DNA of 64,000 nt, taken from the NCBI GenBank assembly GCA_016184225.1, contig JACPDA010000004.1, positions 134,800-198,799 of the forward strand, in the 5' to 3' direction. Shown here in pieces: positions 28,570 to 37,703 of this stretch; positions within the stretch are counted from its first letter, which is position 1, and each line of letters starts with the position of its first letter. The notes under the pieces are model-generated. The model was given only the letters and a program-made list of their open reading frames with translations, was not told the DNA's origin and ran no database searches. Source of the DNA: Candidatus Daviesbacteria bacterium (GTDB lineage: Bacteria; Patescibacteriota; Microgenomatia; Daviesbacterales; UBA10151). A program made the position numbers and the translations under genes.

Positions 28570-28938
28570 ATGGGAAAAAAGGTGGAAACAGAAGCAGAAT
28601 TAGCTAGTCAATATAGACCCTTTGCTGTAAATCGCCTTCATACCGAGAGAGGAGATACAGGTACTCTTATGATTTTTACTGGTATAGTTGGGACTGGAGG
28701 CGTTGTAATAGCTGGAGTATCATATATTGCTGATAGGTATTTATCCCATTTAGAAGGTTTAGTGCCACAAGTTTTAGATGGTATTTCAAAGGCTGGAATA
28801 GGTGTGGGTGTCGCAGTCGCTACTGTAGGGTTTGGCATATCAGGTGCTTGTATAGTGGCGCTTCGGGAGAATATCAAGGATTCTTTAGTTGAAGGTAGAA
28901 AACTAGATGCATGGACTAGAATTAGCAGGAGAAAATAA
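28570..28938 (+). CDS. Hypothetical two-TM membrane protein inside the groE operon
   Basis: Two Gly-rich hydrophobic segments. Confidence 0.65.
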   Translation: MGKKVETEAELASQYRPFAVNRLHTERGDTGTLMIFTGIVGTGGVVIAGVSYIADRYLSHLEGLVPQVLDGISKAGIGVGVAVATVGFGISGACIVALRENIKDSLVEGRKLDAWTRISRRK

Positions 28939-28940
28939 GA

Positions 28941-29633
28941 ATGGCTAAAATTTTAAAATTTAGAAGTAATAATATTGAAGCTTTAATAAGATGGGTCAAG
29001 AAAAACGGGGCTTGGAATAATAGCCACACAATTTTTGTCTGTATTAATTGCAATAAGTCTTTCTCTGGTGCCCCCTCAGCGAAAGCTAAGTTTTGCTCAA
29101 AGATTTGCTATTACAACAATATGAAACAAAGAAGAGGTGCAATTACTTCTCATTGGAAAGGCGGCATAAGCGAAGGCAATCGATGCCCAGATTGCCACAA
29201 GTCAATTAGCTATGCTTCAAAGCGATGTAAACCATGTGCAGTAAAATTGATGCCTCATATGCATATTACAGACAGACCCTGGTTAAGAGAGCCGGAGGCG
29301 ATCAGAAAGGCGCTAAGAAGACGTCCAGTTTCATCTCTGGAAGCAAAGTTTCAAGAGATTATAAATAAGAATAACTTACCTTATAAGTATGTTGGCAATG
29401 GCAAATTTTTTATCGAGCGTAAAAACCCTGATTTCATAAACATTAACGGGGAGAAGAAAGCTGTTGAAGTGTATGCCAGAAAACATAAAGAAAAATTAAG
29501 GAATCTTAGTATTGAAGAATGGAAAAAAGAGAGACAAGTTATTTTTGCGAAATATGGTTGGGAAATTATTTTCTTTGATGAAGTACAGTTAACTGAAAAT
29601 AATGTTTTAGTCACTCTAAAAGGAGGAAAATAA
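28941..29633 (+). CDS. Free-standing homing-type endonuclease (Zn-ribbon/NUMOD-like N-terminus and Vsr/EDxHD-like PD-(D/E)XK domain) beginning with GroEL residues MAKILKF
   Basis: CxxC pairs, HWKGG, S.LE..F, PDFI....KAVEVY..H and YGWEII. Confidence 0.8.
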   Translation: MAKILKFRSNNIEALIRWVKKNGAWNNSHTIFVCINCNKSFSGAPSAKAKFCSKICYYNNMKQRRGAITSHWKGGISEGNRCPDCHKSISYASKRCKPCAVKLMPHMHITDRPWLREPEAIRKALRRRPVSSLEAKFQEIINKNNLPYKYVGNGKFFIERKNPDFININGEKKAVEVYARKHKEKLRNLSIEEWKKERQVIFAKYGWEIIFFDEVQLTENNVLVTLKGGK

Positions 29634-29634
29634 A

Positions 29635-31248
29635 ATTTCTAAAATCTTAAAATTTGATTCTGAGGCAAGAGAGAAATTATTAAAGGGTATTAATACCTTG
29701 ACTGAAGCTGTGGCTACCACACTGGGACCTAAAGGCCGCAATGTAGCTTTGGATAAAAAATGGGGAGCGCCGAATGTAGTACACGACGGAGTAACTGTAG
29801 CTAAAGAAATAGATTTAGAAGATCCCTTTGAAAATATGGGAGCCCAGCTTTTGAAAGAAGCAGCCAGTAAAACTTCTGATGTGGCCGGAGACGGTACCAC
29901 CACTGCCACAATTTTGGCCAAAGCGATCGTTAACGAGGGCTTAAAAAATATCCAAGCCGGCAGCAATCCCATGATCCTAAAGCATGGTATTGAAAAAGCA
30001 GTGATTGTTTTGGTGGAAGAGCTTAAGAAAATGAGTAAGAAAATTGCTTCCCAGGAAGAAGTCGCCCAGGTAGCCACTATTTCTGCTGCAGATTCCCAGA
30101 TTGGTAACTTAATAGCCGAATCCTTACAAAAAGTGGGTAAAGACGGGGTGGTTACGGTTGAGGAAGGCAAAACCATGGAGATGAGCGTGGATTATAAAGA
30201 AGGGATGGAGTTTGATAAAGGCTTTGTGTCCCCGTATTTTGTGACTGATACGGATAAGATGGAATCTTCTATTGAAGATGCCTGTATTTTAATTACCGAT
30301 AAAAAGATATCTTCGGCTGCTGATTTAGTGCCATTCCTGGAAAAATTTGTTCAAGTTAGTAAAAACCTGGTTATTATTGCCGATGAAGTGGAAGGTGAGG
30401 CCTTAGCGCTTTTGGTAGTTAATAAACTGCGGGGGACATTTAATGTTTTGGCAGTAAAAGCCCCGGGTTTTGGTGACCGGCGCAAAGAAAGCTTAGAAGA
30501 TATTGCTATTTTAACCGGCGGCGCAGTTTTGTCTGAAGATACTGGTAGAAAACTTGAGTCAGTGGAGATGGATGAGCTGGGTCGGGCCGGCCGGGTAACT
30601 TCCAATAAAGACAATACTTTGATTGTGGATGGCAAAGGCACAAAAGCTAAGATTGAAGCCAGAATTTCCCAGATTAAAAGAGAGCTGGCCGGCTCTGATT
30701 CCGAATTTGATAAAGAAAAGCTGCAGGAGAGACTAGCAAAGCTGACCGGCGGGGTAGCAGTTATCAGTGTGGGAGCTGCCACAGAAGTTGAGCTAAAAGA
30801 GAAAAAAGAAAGAGTAATTGATGCAGTGGCTGCCACAAAAGCTGCCATAGAAGAAGGGATTGTGGCTGGTGGAGAAGTAGCCCTGCTTCGGGCAGGCAAA
30901 GCGCTGGATTCTGTGGTAGCTAGCGGTGAAGAAGCAGTTGGAGTAGAAATAGTCAAAAGAGCCCTGGAACAGCCTTTTAGGACGTTGGTGAAAAATGCCG
31001 GTATGGATGATGGAATTGCGTTGTCTAAAGTCATGGCCAGCCAGGGCAATATGGGGGTTGATGTATTAGATGGCGAAGTTAAAGACTTGGTAAAGGTTGG
31101 TATTATTGATCCGGTGAAGGTAGCCCGTTCTGCTTTGCAGAATGCAGCTTCAGTAGCGGTCATGGTGATGACAACAAATTGTCTCGTAACAGACGCAAAA
31201 GAGCCTGAGAAACAACAAATACCAACTGGTGGTATGCCAGAATACTAG
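29635..31248 (+). CDS. groEL: Chaperonin GroEL, probable ATT start
   Basis: [26 protein letters not shown] and KLQERLAKL; frame extends upstream to ATT TCT AAA ATC TTA AAA TTT (ISKILKF) 8 nt after AGGAGG; in-frame stop at 29617. Confidence 0.95.
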   Translation: MSKILKFDSEAREKLLKGINTLTEAVATTLGPKGRNVALDKKWGAPNVVHDGVTVAKEIDLEDPFENMGAQLLKEAASKTSDVAGDGTTTATILAKAIVNEGLKNIQAGSNPMILKHGIEKAVIVLVEELKKMSKKIASQEEVAQVATISAADSQIGNLIAESLQKVGKDGVVTVEEGKTMEMSVDYKEGMEFDKGFVSPYFVTDTDKMESSIEDACILITDKKISSAADLVPFLEKFVQVSKNLVIIADEVEGEALALLVVNKLRGTFNVLAVKAPGFGDRRKESLEDIAILTGGAVLSEDTGRKLESVEMDELGRAGRVTSNKDNTLIVDGKGTKAKIEARISQIKRELAGSDSEFDKEKLQERLAKLTGGVAVISVGAATEVELKEKKERVIDAVAATKAAIEEGIVAGGEVALLRAGKALDSVVASGEEAVGVEIVKRALEQPFRTLVKNAGMDDGIALSKVMASQGNMGVDVLDGEVKDLVKVGIIDPVKVARSALQNAASVAVMVMTTNCLVTDAKEPEKQQIPTGGMPEY

Positions 31249-31262
31249 AGTTTAGTATAAAT

Positions 31263-31661
31263 ATGACTGAGAAAGTACCTGAAAATCCTACTGATGTTTT
31301 TAGCCTTTTGGATGCACTTTGTGAGGAAGATGGTACTTCTCCGGCTAAGCGTGTAAAGCAGGTGGTTAGTGGGATAAGTAGAGTACATGGTCTGGTAAGG
31401 GATCCGGGAGGGAAATTTACTGTTCTGGGGATTGACAAGTTTGACGGTTCGGATTGGGTGGAAGGAAAATTTGATTCACCAGAGGAAGCGTTATCTGCGG
31501 CACGGCGTAGGACAAGTGAGAATAAGCAATTGGCCAGTAGCGCTGATATTGCCACTGTTTTTTATGCCTACAATTCCGAGGGTGTTTACTTGGGTGGTGA
31601 CACTTGGGATGAGGAGGAACGGAGGCTCTATGAGGAAAGCCAAGGTAAAGCTAACCCCTAA
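31263..31661 (+). CDS. Hypothetical protein
   Basis: 132-aa ORF downstream of groEL. Confidence 0.6.
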   Translation: MTEKVPENPTDVFSLLDALCEEDGTSPAKRVKQVVSGISRVHGLVRDPGGKFTVLGIDKFDGSDWVEGKFDSPEEALSAARRRTSENKQLASSADIATVFYAYNSEGVYLGGDTWDEEERRLYEESQGKANP

Positions 31662-31679
31662 TTTCAGTTCTATTACTTC

Positions 31680-32047
31680 CGTCATTCTGGTAAGTGAGTG
31701 AAACGAATGCACCCAGAATCTTATCAAGGAATATAATAGTTTTATGTATGTTTACATAATGGCTAACAGTAGACCTACCATTTATACAGGAGTAACCAGC
31801 GATCTAATTAGGAGAGTATATGAACATAAGCAGGGATTTATTGAGGGGTTTACTAAAAAGTATCATCTGTATAAACTAATTTACTACGAAGTCGTAGAAG
31901 GACAAATGGAAGCTATTATTAGAGAGAAACAGATTAAAGATATGAATAGGGTAGAGAAATTAGAGATGATCAAAAAATTTAATCCCGATTTTCAGGATCT
32001 TTACCCGCAGATTATTTAAGAACGATTCTGGACAAGCCAGAATGACA
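31680..32047 (+). mobile_element. Putative autonomous element: left hairpin, GIY-YIG gene, right hairpin
   Basis: CGTCATTCTGG..CCAGAATC (31680-31720) and GATTCTGGACAAGCCAGAATGACA (32024-32047) bracket the gene tightly. Confidence 0.75.
31744..32019 (+). CDS. Small GIY-YIG nuclease
   Basis: [25 protein letters not shown]...GFTKKY...KLIYYE....AI.REKQIK. Confidence 0.93.
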   Translation: MYVYIMANSRPTIYTGVTSDLIRRVYEHKQGFIEGFTKKYHLYKLIYYEVVEGQMEAIIREKQIKDMNRVEKLEMIKKFNPDFQDLYPQII

Positions 32048-32070
32048 GAGTTTGTTGTATATTAATAATA

Positions 32071-32664
32071 ATGGCTAAGTTTCATTACCGGGAATCTCCG
32101 ACGGAAAAGCAAAGACAGGCTTTTAAAAAATATCTCTCAGAGGATGAGGAACTGGTTCTAGTGACAGGATTATCCGCAGCCTTTATCAGATCTAGGTTCT
32201 TAATCTATACCCTTTTTCCGGGTATGCTTTTTTTAGGTTTGGGTCTGGGAGTGGGATGGCTTCTGGCTTTAGATAAAATCTGGGCTTTAATTTTAGGGTT
32301 AGGAGGGATGTTTTTAGTGGCATTTGTTAAAACAATGCATGTTTATCACTCTAACAGATATTTGCTTACCACCAGAAGGGTAATCATTAAAAAGGGTTTT
32401 TTCTCGGTTAAATTAACAGCTGCTCTTTTTGATAAAATCACTCATCTTGAAGTGGGTCAATCTATTATTGATCGGCTCTTGATGCACCAGGGTACCATTA
32501 TTGTTAATACGGCCGGTTTAAATAAAGGAGAAATTATGTTGAAGTATGTAGATTATCCTTTAGAACTTAAGAACTTATTAGAAAGACTGATTAATCGCGA
32601 AAGAGAACAGTTCGGACTGCGGGGGGCGACCCTGACAGAAGTCGAAGGCGAAATTATTTCTTAG
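32071..32664 (+). CDS. Membrane protein with bacterial PH domain
   Basis: Two TM helices then YLLTTRRVIIKKG ... GTIIVNTAG. Confidence 0.75.
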   Translation: MAKFHYRESPTEKQRQAFKKYLSEDEELVLVTGLSAAFIRSRFLIYTLFPGMLFLGLGLGVGWLLALDKIWALILGLGGMFLVAFVKTMHVYHSNRYLLTTRRVIIKKGFFSVKLTAALFDKITHLEVGQSIIDRLLMHQGTIIVNTAGLNKGEIMLKYVDYPLELKNLLERLINREREQFGLRGATLTEVEGEIIS

Positions 32665-33289
32665 CCAAGACCATTGGCATATCAGGGATTTCCGGGAGTA
32701 GAGTCAGCGGGTTAACATAATTTCCTTCGCGGGTAATTTCTAGGTGGGTATGCGGACCGGAAGTGTAACCAGTTAGTCCGACTTCTCCCAGAATATTTTC
32801 CTGAGTGACCTTATTCCCTACCTTAATATAAATTTTGCCCATATGGGCATATTTTGATTGAAAGCCGTTTTGGTGGCTAACTACCACGAAATTACCCAAG
32901 CCGAAAATATCCCTGCCCGCTTCGGAAACCTCGCCGTCGATGATGGGGTGGATAGGCATACCTAGACCGGTGGCAATATCTATGCCGGGATGATAAGAAG
33001 AATACCTGGTTGATAGATATCCGGGATGCGGGAGAATAAGTGGTTTTGAAAAGGAGTTGGCAATGATTTCACCTTTTTGTTCCAGGCTGGAAGCTTTCAC
33101 TACAGAACGCTTAACAGGTGGAATAGAAAAAGCAGGGTAAACCCCTAGAAGCGTTAAAGAAATGAAAACAAAAATTGTAAGCCTTGTAAACCTTTTCGGG
33201 AACCTTAGCTTAATTTTAGATAATCTCTGAAGTAGGGCGTCCCTTTCAGAAACTATTTTAGACAGAAGGTTTTTGTTTTGACTTTTCAA
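32654..33289 (-). CDS. M23 family peptidase
   Basis: HPGIDI, YAHM and GYTSGPHTHLE motifs. Confidence 0.92.
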   Translation of the reverse strand: MKSQNKNLLSKIVSERDALLQRLSKIKLRFPKRFTRLTIFVFISLTLLGVYPAFSIPPVKRSVVKASSLEQKGEIIANSFSKPLILPHPGYLSTRYSSYHPGIDIATGLGMPIHPIIDGEVSEAGRDIFGLGNFVVVSHQNGFQSKYAHMGKIYIKVGNKVTQENILGEVGLTGYTSGPHTHLEITREGNYVNPLTLLPEIPDMPMVLAKK

Positions 33290-33394
33290 AACAAATCCCG
33301 ATTAAATCGGGACAAGGGCGTATGATAACAGATCTTAAGATCAATGTCAAAGATCTTAGGGTATAATTGACAAAGTGAGTAGAGGGATCTATTA

Positions 33395-34198
33395 ATGAAA
33401 AAGCTTATTCTCTGGTTTCTAGTACTGATTAGTTTTGTGGCTTTACTACTTCGTTTTAGCGATAGGGCAGCAGAAATCTTTTTAGGTATTAAACAGACGA
33501 GCGGTATTTCTGTTTTATCAGAACCAGCGCAGGCTGTGGTTTTCTTAAACGAAAAAGAAGCAGGCACCACACCCTATGAAGATAAAAATCTGGCAGCGGG
33601 TGATTATGTGGTTAAAATTACAAAAGGGAAAGCTTCTTGGCAAGGTAGGGTTAAGCTGACTCCCGGGACCGTGACTGTCATAAACAGGGATTTAGCAGAA
33701 GATATGGCATCTTCAGCCGGAGAGATCCTCACGTTAAATAGAGGTAAGGGTTTGACCGTCATTTCTAACCCAACAGGAGCGGCAGTAGAAGTAGATGGGA
33801 AATCTTATGGCAGTACACCGATTACAGTTAATGTTGAAATAGGGCAGCATACTATTTTGGTAAGCCACACAAATTACCTAAAAAGGAGCATCAGGGCAGA
33901 TTTGCCAAATAATTTTAACTTAACAGTTTCGGTAAATTTAGCTCTTTCCGAGGCTGATTTGAGTACTACCATAACCTCCGTAATCACTGTTACTCCGGAA
34001 GTGGTGGTTAGGCAAACTCCCACAGGGTTTTTGCGGGTTAGAGATAAAGCATCATTGAATGGAAAGGAAATTGCCCAGGTAAAACCAGGGGATACGCTGA
34101 TACTTTTAGAAGAACAAGGAGCATGGGATCGGATACGATTGTCTGACGGGACAGAAGGTTTTGTTTCTTCCGCATATGTTGAAAAGAAAAATCCTTAA
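33395..34198 (+). CDS. PEGA-domain protein with C-terminal SH3b domain
   Basis: S.P..A.V....GTTP twice; GFLRVR...GFVSS.YV. Confidence 0.85.
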   Translation: MKKLILWFLVLISFVALLLRFSDRAAEIFLGIKQTSGISVLSEPAQAVVFLNEKEAGTTPYEDKNLAAGDYVVKITKGKASWQGRVKLTPGTVTVINRDLAEDMASSAGEILTLNRGKGLTVISNPTGAAVEVDGKSYGSTPITVNVEIGQHTILVSHTNYLKRSIRADLPNNFNLTVSVNLALSEADLSTTITSVITVTPEVVVRQTPTGFLRVRDKASLNGKEIAQVKPGDTLILLEEQGAWDRIRLSDGTEGFVSSAYVEKKNP

Positions 34199-34199
34199 G

Positions 34200-34853
34200 T
34201 TACGTTTCAAGCACGGATTCTCCTTTAAGTTTTTGCATATCTTTAACTACCAAATTTTTCCCCCGATGAGCGATTAGACCCTTTTGTTGCAGTTTTTCCA
34301 TCTCAATACTGACAGTTTCCCTGGCCACTCCGATCAGGTTAGCAATATCTTGATGGGTTAGCGGGACTGGTATTAAAATGCCATTTTTGTCTTTAACCCC
34401 AAACCTTTCGGCACAGATTAATATGATTGAAGCTACTTTACTTTGGGCATGACCAAAGATGGCATGTTCCATTCTGCTTAAAACTCCTCCGAAACGCGTC
34501 AAAATTCGGCTGTTTATGTCAAACAACACCTCAGCGTTGTCCTTAATAAAAGTTAAAAATTCTCTTCGCGGTGCCTGATAAACTTCAGTGTCAGTCATGG
34601 CCTCTAGGTAATAAGTATTCGGGGTATCATTTATAGTCCACATCATGGGGAAAAAATCCTCTGCCTTAAAAATAATTAGGGTTAATTCCTGAGCATTGCC
34701 AGAAATAGAATAAAGCCTGACATAACCTTTCTTAAGATATAAAACACCTTTTGGTTTATCATCTGCTCGCAGGATTGTCCTACCCTTTTTAAAAGATAGT
34801 TTCTTAAATCTGGAGAAAAAATTATTCAACTTTCCGGAAATTTGTGGCTCCAT
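34200..34853 (-). CDS. Crp/Fnr family transcriptional regulator
   Basis: cNMP-binding-like N-terminus; LTHQDIANLIGVARETVS HTH. Confidence 0.92.
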   Translation of the reverse strand: MEPQISGKLNNFFSRFKKLSFKKGRTILRADDKPKGVLYLKKGYVRLYSISGNAQELTLIIFKAEDFFPMMWTINDTPNTYYLEAMTDTEVYQAPRREFLTFIKDNAEVLFDINSRILTRFGGVLSRMEHAIFGHAQSKVASIILICAERFGVKDKNGILIPVPLTHQDIANLIGVARETVSIEMEKLQQKGLIAHRGKNLVVKDMQKLKGESVLET

Positions 34854-34968
34854 TTGTGGCTACTGGATTGTACTAAAGTAACAGACTGCAATCAAATACT
34901 AGCTTGTTAGATATATTACTGCATTTTATTTATTTTAAGAGTAAGTTCTATTTGAAAAGAGGTGGAAC

Positions 34969-35424
34969 ATGGACTATCGTGCGAGGAGTGATATTTGGCA
35001 ATCTGACGAGGCTTTGAAAGTTGGGCAAGCAATTTCCCCAACTAATAGATCACGGGTACTGGCCAGGTTTAGACAAATCTTTCCCTTGGTTTTATTTCCG
35101 GATGATTTAATAATAGAAGAACTTCGAATAATTTGGGTTCGTAGAGATGGACCTTGGGCAGAAGAAATTATTTCCATTATGGCTACAGATATAGCCAGTG
35201 TAGATGCTTCAGCCGGACCGCTACTTGGACGCATCCATGTCAAAAGTCTAACAGGTGGTCCGGAGATTTTGGTAGATAATTTTTCCAGAGGAGATGTTTA
35301 TCGAATTCGTTGTTTAGTTGAGGGGATTGCCTTGGCGGCAAGAGCCGGGCTAAAGGTGGATGTTGAAGATTTAGAAACTAAAAAAGAGTTGCTTGCAAAA
35401 GCAGGGTTTGTTAAATTACATTAA
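34969..35424 (+). CDS. Hypothetical PH-like domain protein
   Basis: FP..LFPD.L.I ... DIASV pattern; divergent from the Crp gene. Confidence 0.6.
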   Translation: MDYRARSDIWQSDEALKVGQAISPTNRSRVLARFRQIFPLVLFPDDLIIEELRIIWVRRDGPWAEEIISIMATDIASVDASAGPLLGRIHVKSLTGGPEILVDNFSRGDVYRIRCLVEGIALAARAGLKVDVEDLETKKELLAKAGFVKLH

Positions 35425-35436
35425 GGTCAAAAATCC

Positions 35437-36369
35437 CTATGCCCCCAAGAAGTAAATAATTCCCAACACTAAAACTGCCCATATTAAAACAGCGACCAGT
35501 AACGGAGTATCAGTTAAAATTACCCGCTCGGGAGACTCCCCTTCTTTTTTTTCATAAATAATATAGAGATACCTCATTACGGCATAAAGTACTACCGGTA
35601 CGGTTGCCATTAAATACTTGGCCTGTGCAAAAGGTAATTCAAACCCACCCAGGAACATTGAAACTAGCTGTCGTGCTTGGATAGGCGGTTGCAGGAAAGC
35701 AAAGAAAGCATATGTGAGCCAGGTGGAATTGGCGAACATGCTGGTTAAAATATCGAGTAAATTTTCCGGATAATGCAGCAGCGTTTCCCGGTGGCGGGCG
35801 GCTTGGGAGGTCATTAAAGTCCGTTCTGACCTTCTTTTCCCGATTGCCAAAAATAGCGCGAAGCTGGTGACGGAGAGTAAAAACCAAACATTTAAATGCG
35901 CATCTATTGCCCAAACTCCGCCGTAAACCCGGAGAACAAACCCGGCTGCAATTACCAATACATCAATTAAAATGACTTGTTTGAGATATGCCGAGTAAAA
36001 AAGCTGTATGATTAGGTAAGTCAACGCAGCAAAGAAAAAAGCCGGGGAGAGTTTATAGGAAAGAGGTAAAAAGATGGCAATTGCACTGAGTGCTAAAGTT
36101 ATCGCTAAAGGGACGGGAACAAGACCAGAGGCAATTGGCCGTTTTCTTTTAAACGGATGTAATTTATCTCTTTCAATGTCGAATACGTCGTTTAAAAGAT
36201 AAGTGGCAGATGAAAAAATACAAAAGAGGGTAAAGGCCTCGATAGTTTTTAAGAGATTAATGGGATCAAACAGCGTTCCGGAGAAGATTAAAGCGGCAAA
36301 AACAGCGCAATTTTTTATCCATTGTCTGGGGCGCGACGCTTTGAATATTCCCCAAAAAAGTTTAACCAT
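35437..36369 (-). CDS. UbiA-family prenyltransferase (decaprenyl-phosphate phosphoribosyltransferase-like)
   Basis: RPRQWIKN, YLLNDVFDIERD..HP.K..RPIASG and KRRSE. Confidence 0.88.
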   Translation of the reverse strand: MVKLFWGIFKASRPRQWIKNCAVFAALIFSGTLFDPINLLKTIEAFTLFCIFSSATYLLNDVFDIERDKLHPFKRKRPIASGLVPVPLAITLALSAIAIFLPLSYKLSPAFFFAALTYLIIQLFYSAYLKQVILIDVLVIAAGFVLRVYGGVWAIDAHLNVWFLLSVTSFALFLAIGKRRSERTLMTSQAARHRETLLHYPENLLDILTSMFANSTWLTYAFFAFLQPPIQARQLVSMFLGGFELPFAQAKYLMATVPVVLYAVMRYLYIIYEKKEGESPERVILTDTPLLVAVLIWAVLVLGIIYFLGA

Positions 36370-37367
36370 AGAATGCCTCCCAAAAGAGCTACTCCGACTA
36401 AGGCTGCGGCAAAAAGTTTACCTTTGGAGGATAAGCTTAAGGCTGCTGCCCCCAGGATAACACTTCCCAGAATGTAAAACAAGGCTATTTTTTGATGGGA
36501 AAAGCCAATTTCGAGTAGCTTGTGATGCAAATGCCCCCGATCTCCCCAAACAGGCGATCTTCCTTGCAGCATCCTTCGAAGGAATGTATAGGCAAAATCA
36601 GTGGCAGGGATCAACAGGACCAGTCCTGCAGTTGCCAATTTTCCTCCGGAGAGAATTGCCAAAACTGCAATCATAAATCCTAAAATTCCTGATCCGGAGA
36701 ACCCCGGAAAAATTTTGGCCGGATGCCAGTTAAAAATCAGAAGCCCTAGCGCAGATCCGGCGGTAATGAAGGAAAGTTTGGCTAAATTTAATTGCGTCGG
36801 ATCGGAAGATAATTTTAACGACAAAAACCCCAGGATTATGGCAGACACAGTAATAATTCCCGGCATTTGGCCATCTACACCTTTTGACCAGTTCATCATG
36901 TTCATTACCCAAACAATCCAAATCACAGATAAGAAATCGGCAAGTAAGGCAATCTGGGGACTGCTGTCAAGCTGAATGATTCCTCCCAGGGGATTGGTGA
37001 TGAAGGTAATACCTATGCCGCTTCCGATTACAACTGCCGCTGCAATAAATTGGGCGATCAAGCGCAGATAAGGTGAGAAATTTTGATACTTATCGTCTAA
37101 AAGGCCAACAGCCAGCAGGATAAAAAGCCCTAGTAGAATACCTGGAGTATAACGCTCATATGGCATAAAGATTAATATTGCCGAAGCTATGGCCAAAAAT
37201 ACCGGGAGTCCCCCTGCCCTTGGTACAATCCTTTTTTGTGTGTGAGCGGGATGGGGTCGGGTTTTCGGATCATCTATCAGATGAAACTTCTTAGCAAAAG
37301 CGATAGTGGGAGGGAAACTAAGGACGGCAGCGAGGAAGGAGAAAATAGCAGGTAAAAGAAAATTCAT
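36315..37367 (-). CDS. MraY/WecA-family glycosyltransferase 4
   Basis: PRAGG, GLLDD, NMMNWSKGVDG, FNWHPAKIF and DRGHLHHKL. Confidence 0.9.
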   Translation of the reverse strand: MNFLLPAIFSFLAAVLSFPPTIAFAKKFHLIDDPKTRPHPAHTQKRIVPRAGGLPVFLAIASAILIFMPYERYTPGILLGLFILLAVGLLDDKYQNFSPYLRLIAQFIAAAVVIGSGIGITFITNPLGGIIQLDSSPQIALLADFLSVIWIVWVMNMMNWSKGVDGQMPGIITVSAIILGFLSLKLSSDPTQLNLAKLSFITAGSALGLLIFNWHPAKIFPGFSGSGILGFMIAVLAILSGGKLATAGLVLLIPATDFAYTFLRRMLQGRSPVWGDRGHLHHKLLEIGFSHQKIALFYILGSVILGAAALSLSSKGKLFAAALVGVALLGGILWLNFFGEYSKRRAPDNG

Positions 37368-37369
37368 GT

Positions 37370-37699
37370 TTAAATAAAATTTAAGATTATTTTAATAAAA
37401 GTAATGGTTAATATTATGCCTACTACAGCAGATGAAAGAGAAAGCGCTTTTTTGAAAAAGGATTGCTGAGGATGCAGTTGCCAGGCAATAATTAGATTCA
37501 AAAGAGCGATCAAGCTAATGCTTGCCGGAATAATTAAAAACTGTTGCGGGGTTGCCAGTTGTTCTTCACCCCAGGGCAGGGAATAAAAAAGAGGAAGCTT
37601 GGGAGGCAAAAATTTAAATAGGGAAAAGATAATAGTAGTTAGAACTAGACCGGCAAGTAATGGGGATAGTCCTATCCAAAAGTATAATTCCTTAAGCAT
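37370..37699 (-). CDS. DUF1648-like membrane protein
   Basis: LPP.LPLFYS.PWG; three TM helices. Confidence 0.65.
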   Translation of the reverse strand: MLKELYFWIGLSPLLAGLVLTTIIFSLFKFLPPKLPLFYSLPWGEEQLATPQQFLIIPASISLIALLNLIIAWQLHPQQSFFKKALSLSSAVVGIILTITFIKIILNFI

Positions 37700-37703
37700 A
37701 GAT

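Noticed and set aside
28941-29655. Group I/II intron or intein in groEL
   Set aside because: The ORF fills the insert and ends in a stop; no intein blocks or recognisable intron core; duplicated RBS and N-terminus make splicing unnecessary. Not formally excluded without RNA data.
30351-31163. 270-aa antisense ORF (and similar antisense ORFs over murB, LCP, sbcC and ahcY)
   Set aside because: Shadow frames of conserved genes with no independent motifs.
29698-31248. groEL as an N-terminally truncated pseudogene starting at TTG
   Set aside because: The conserved N-terminal sequence continues in frame upstream to ATT 29635 with a strong RBS.
34868-34920. Crp/Fnr binding sites between the regulator and its divergent gene
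   Set aside because: TTGTA-N6-TAACA and TGTTA-N6-TTACT match the consensus too weakly in AT-rich DNA.
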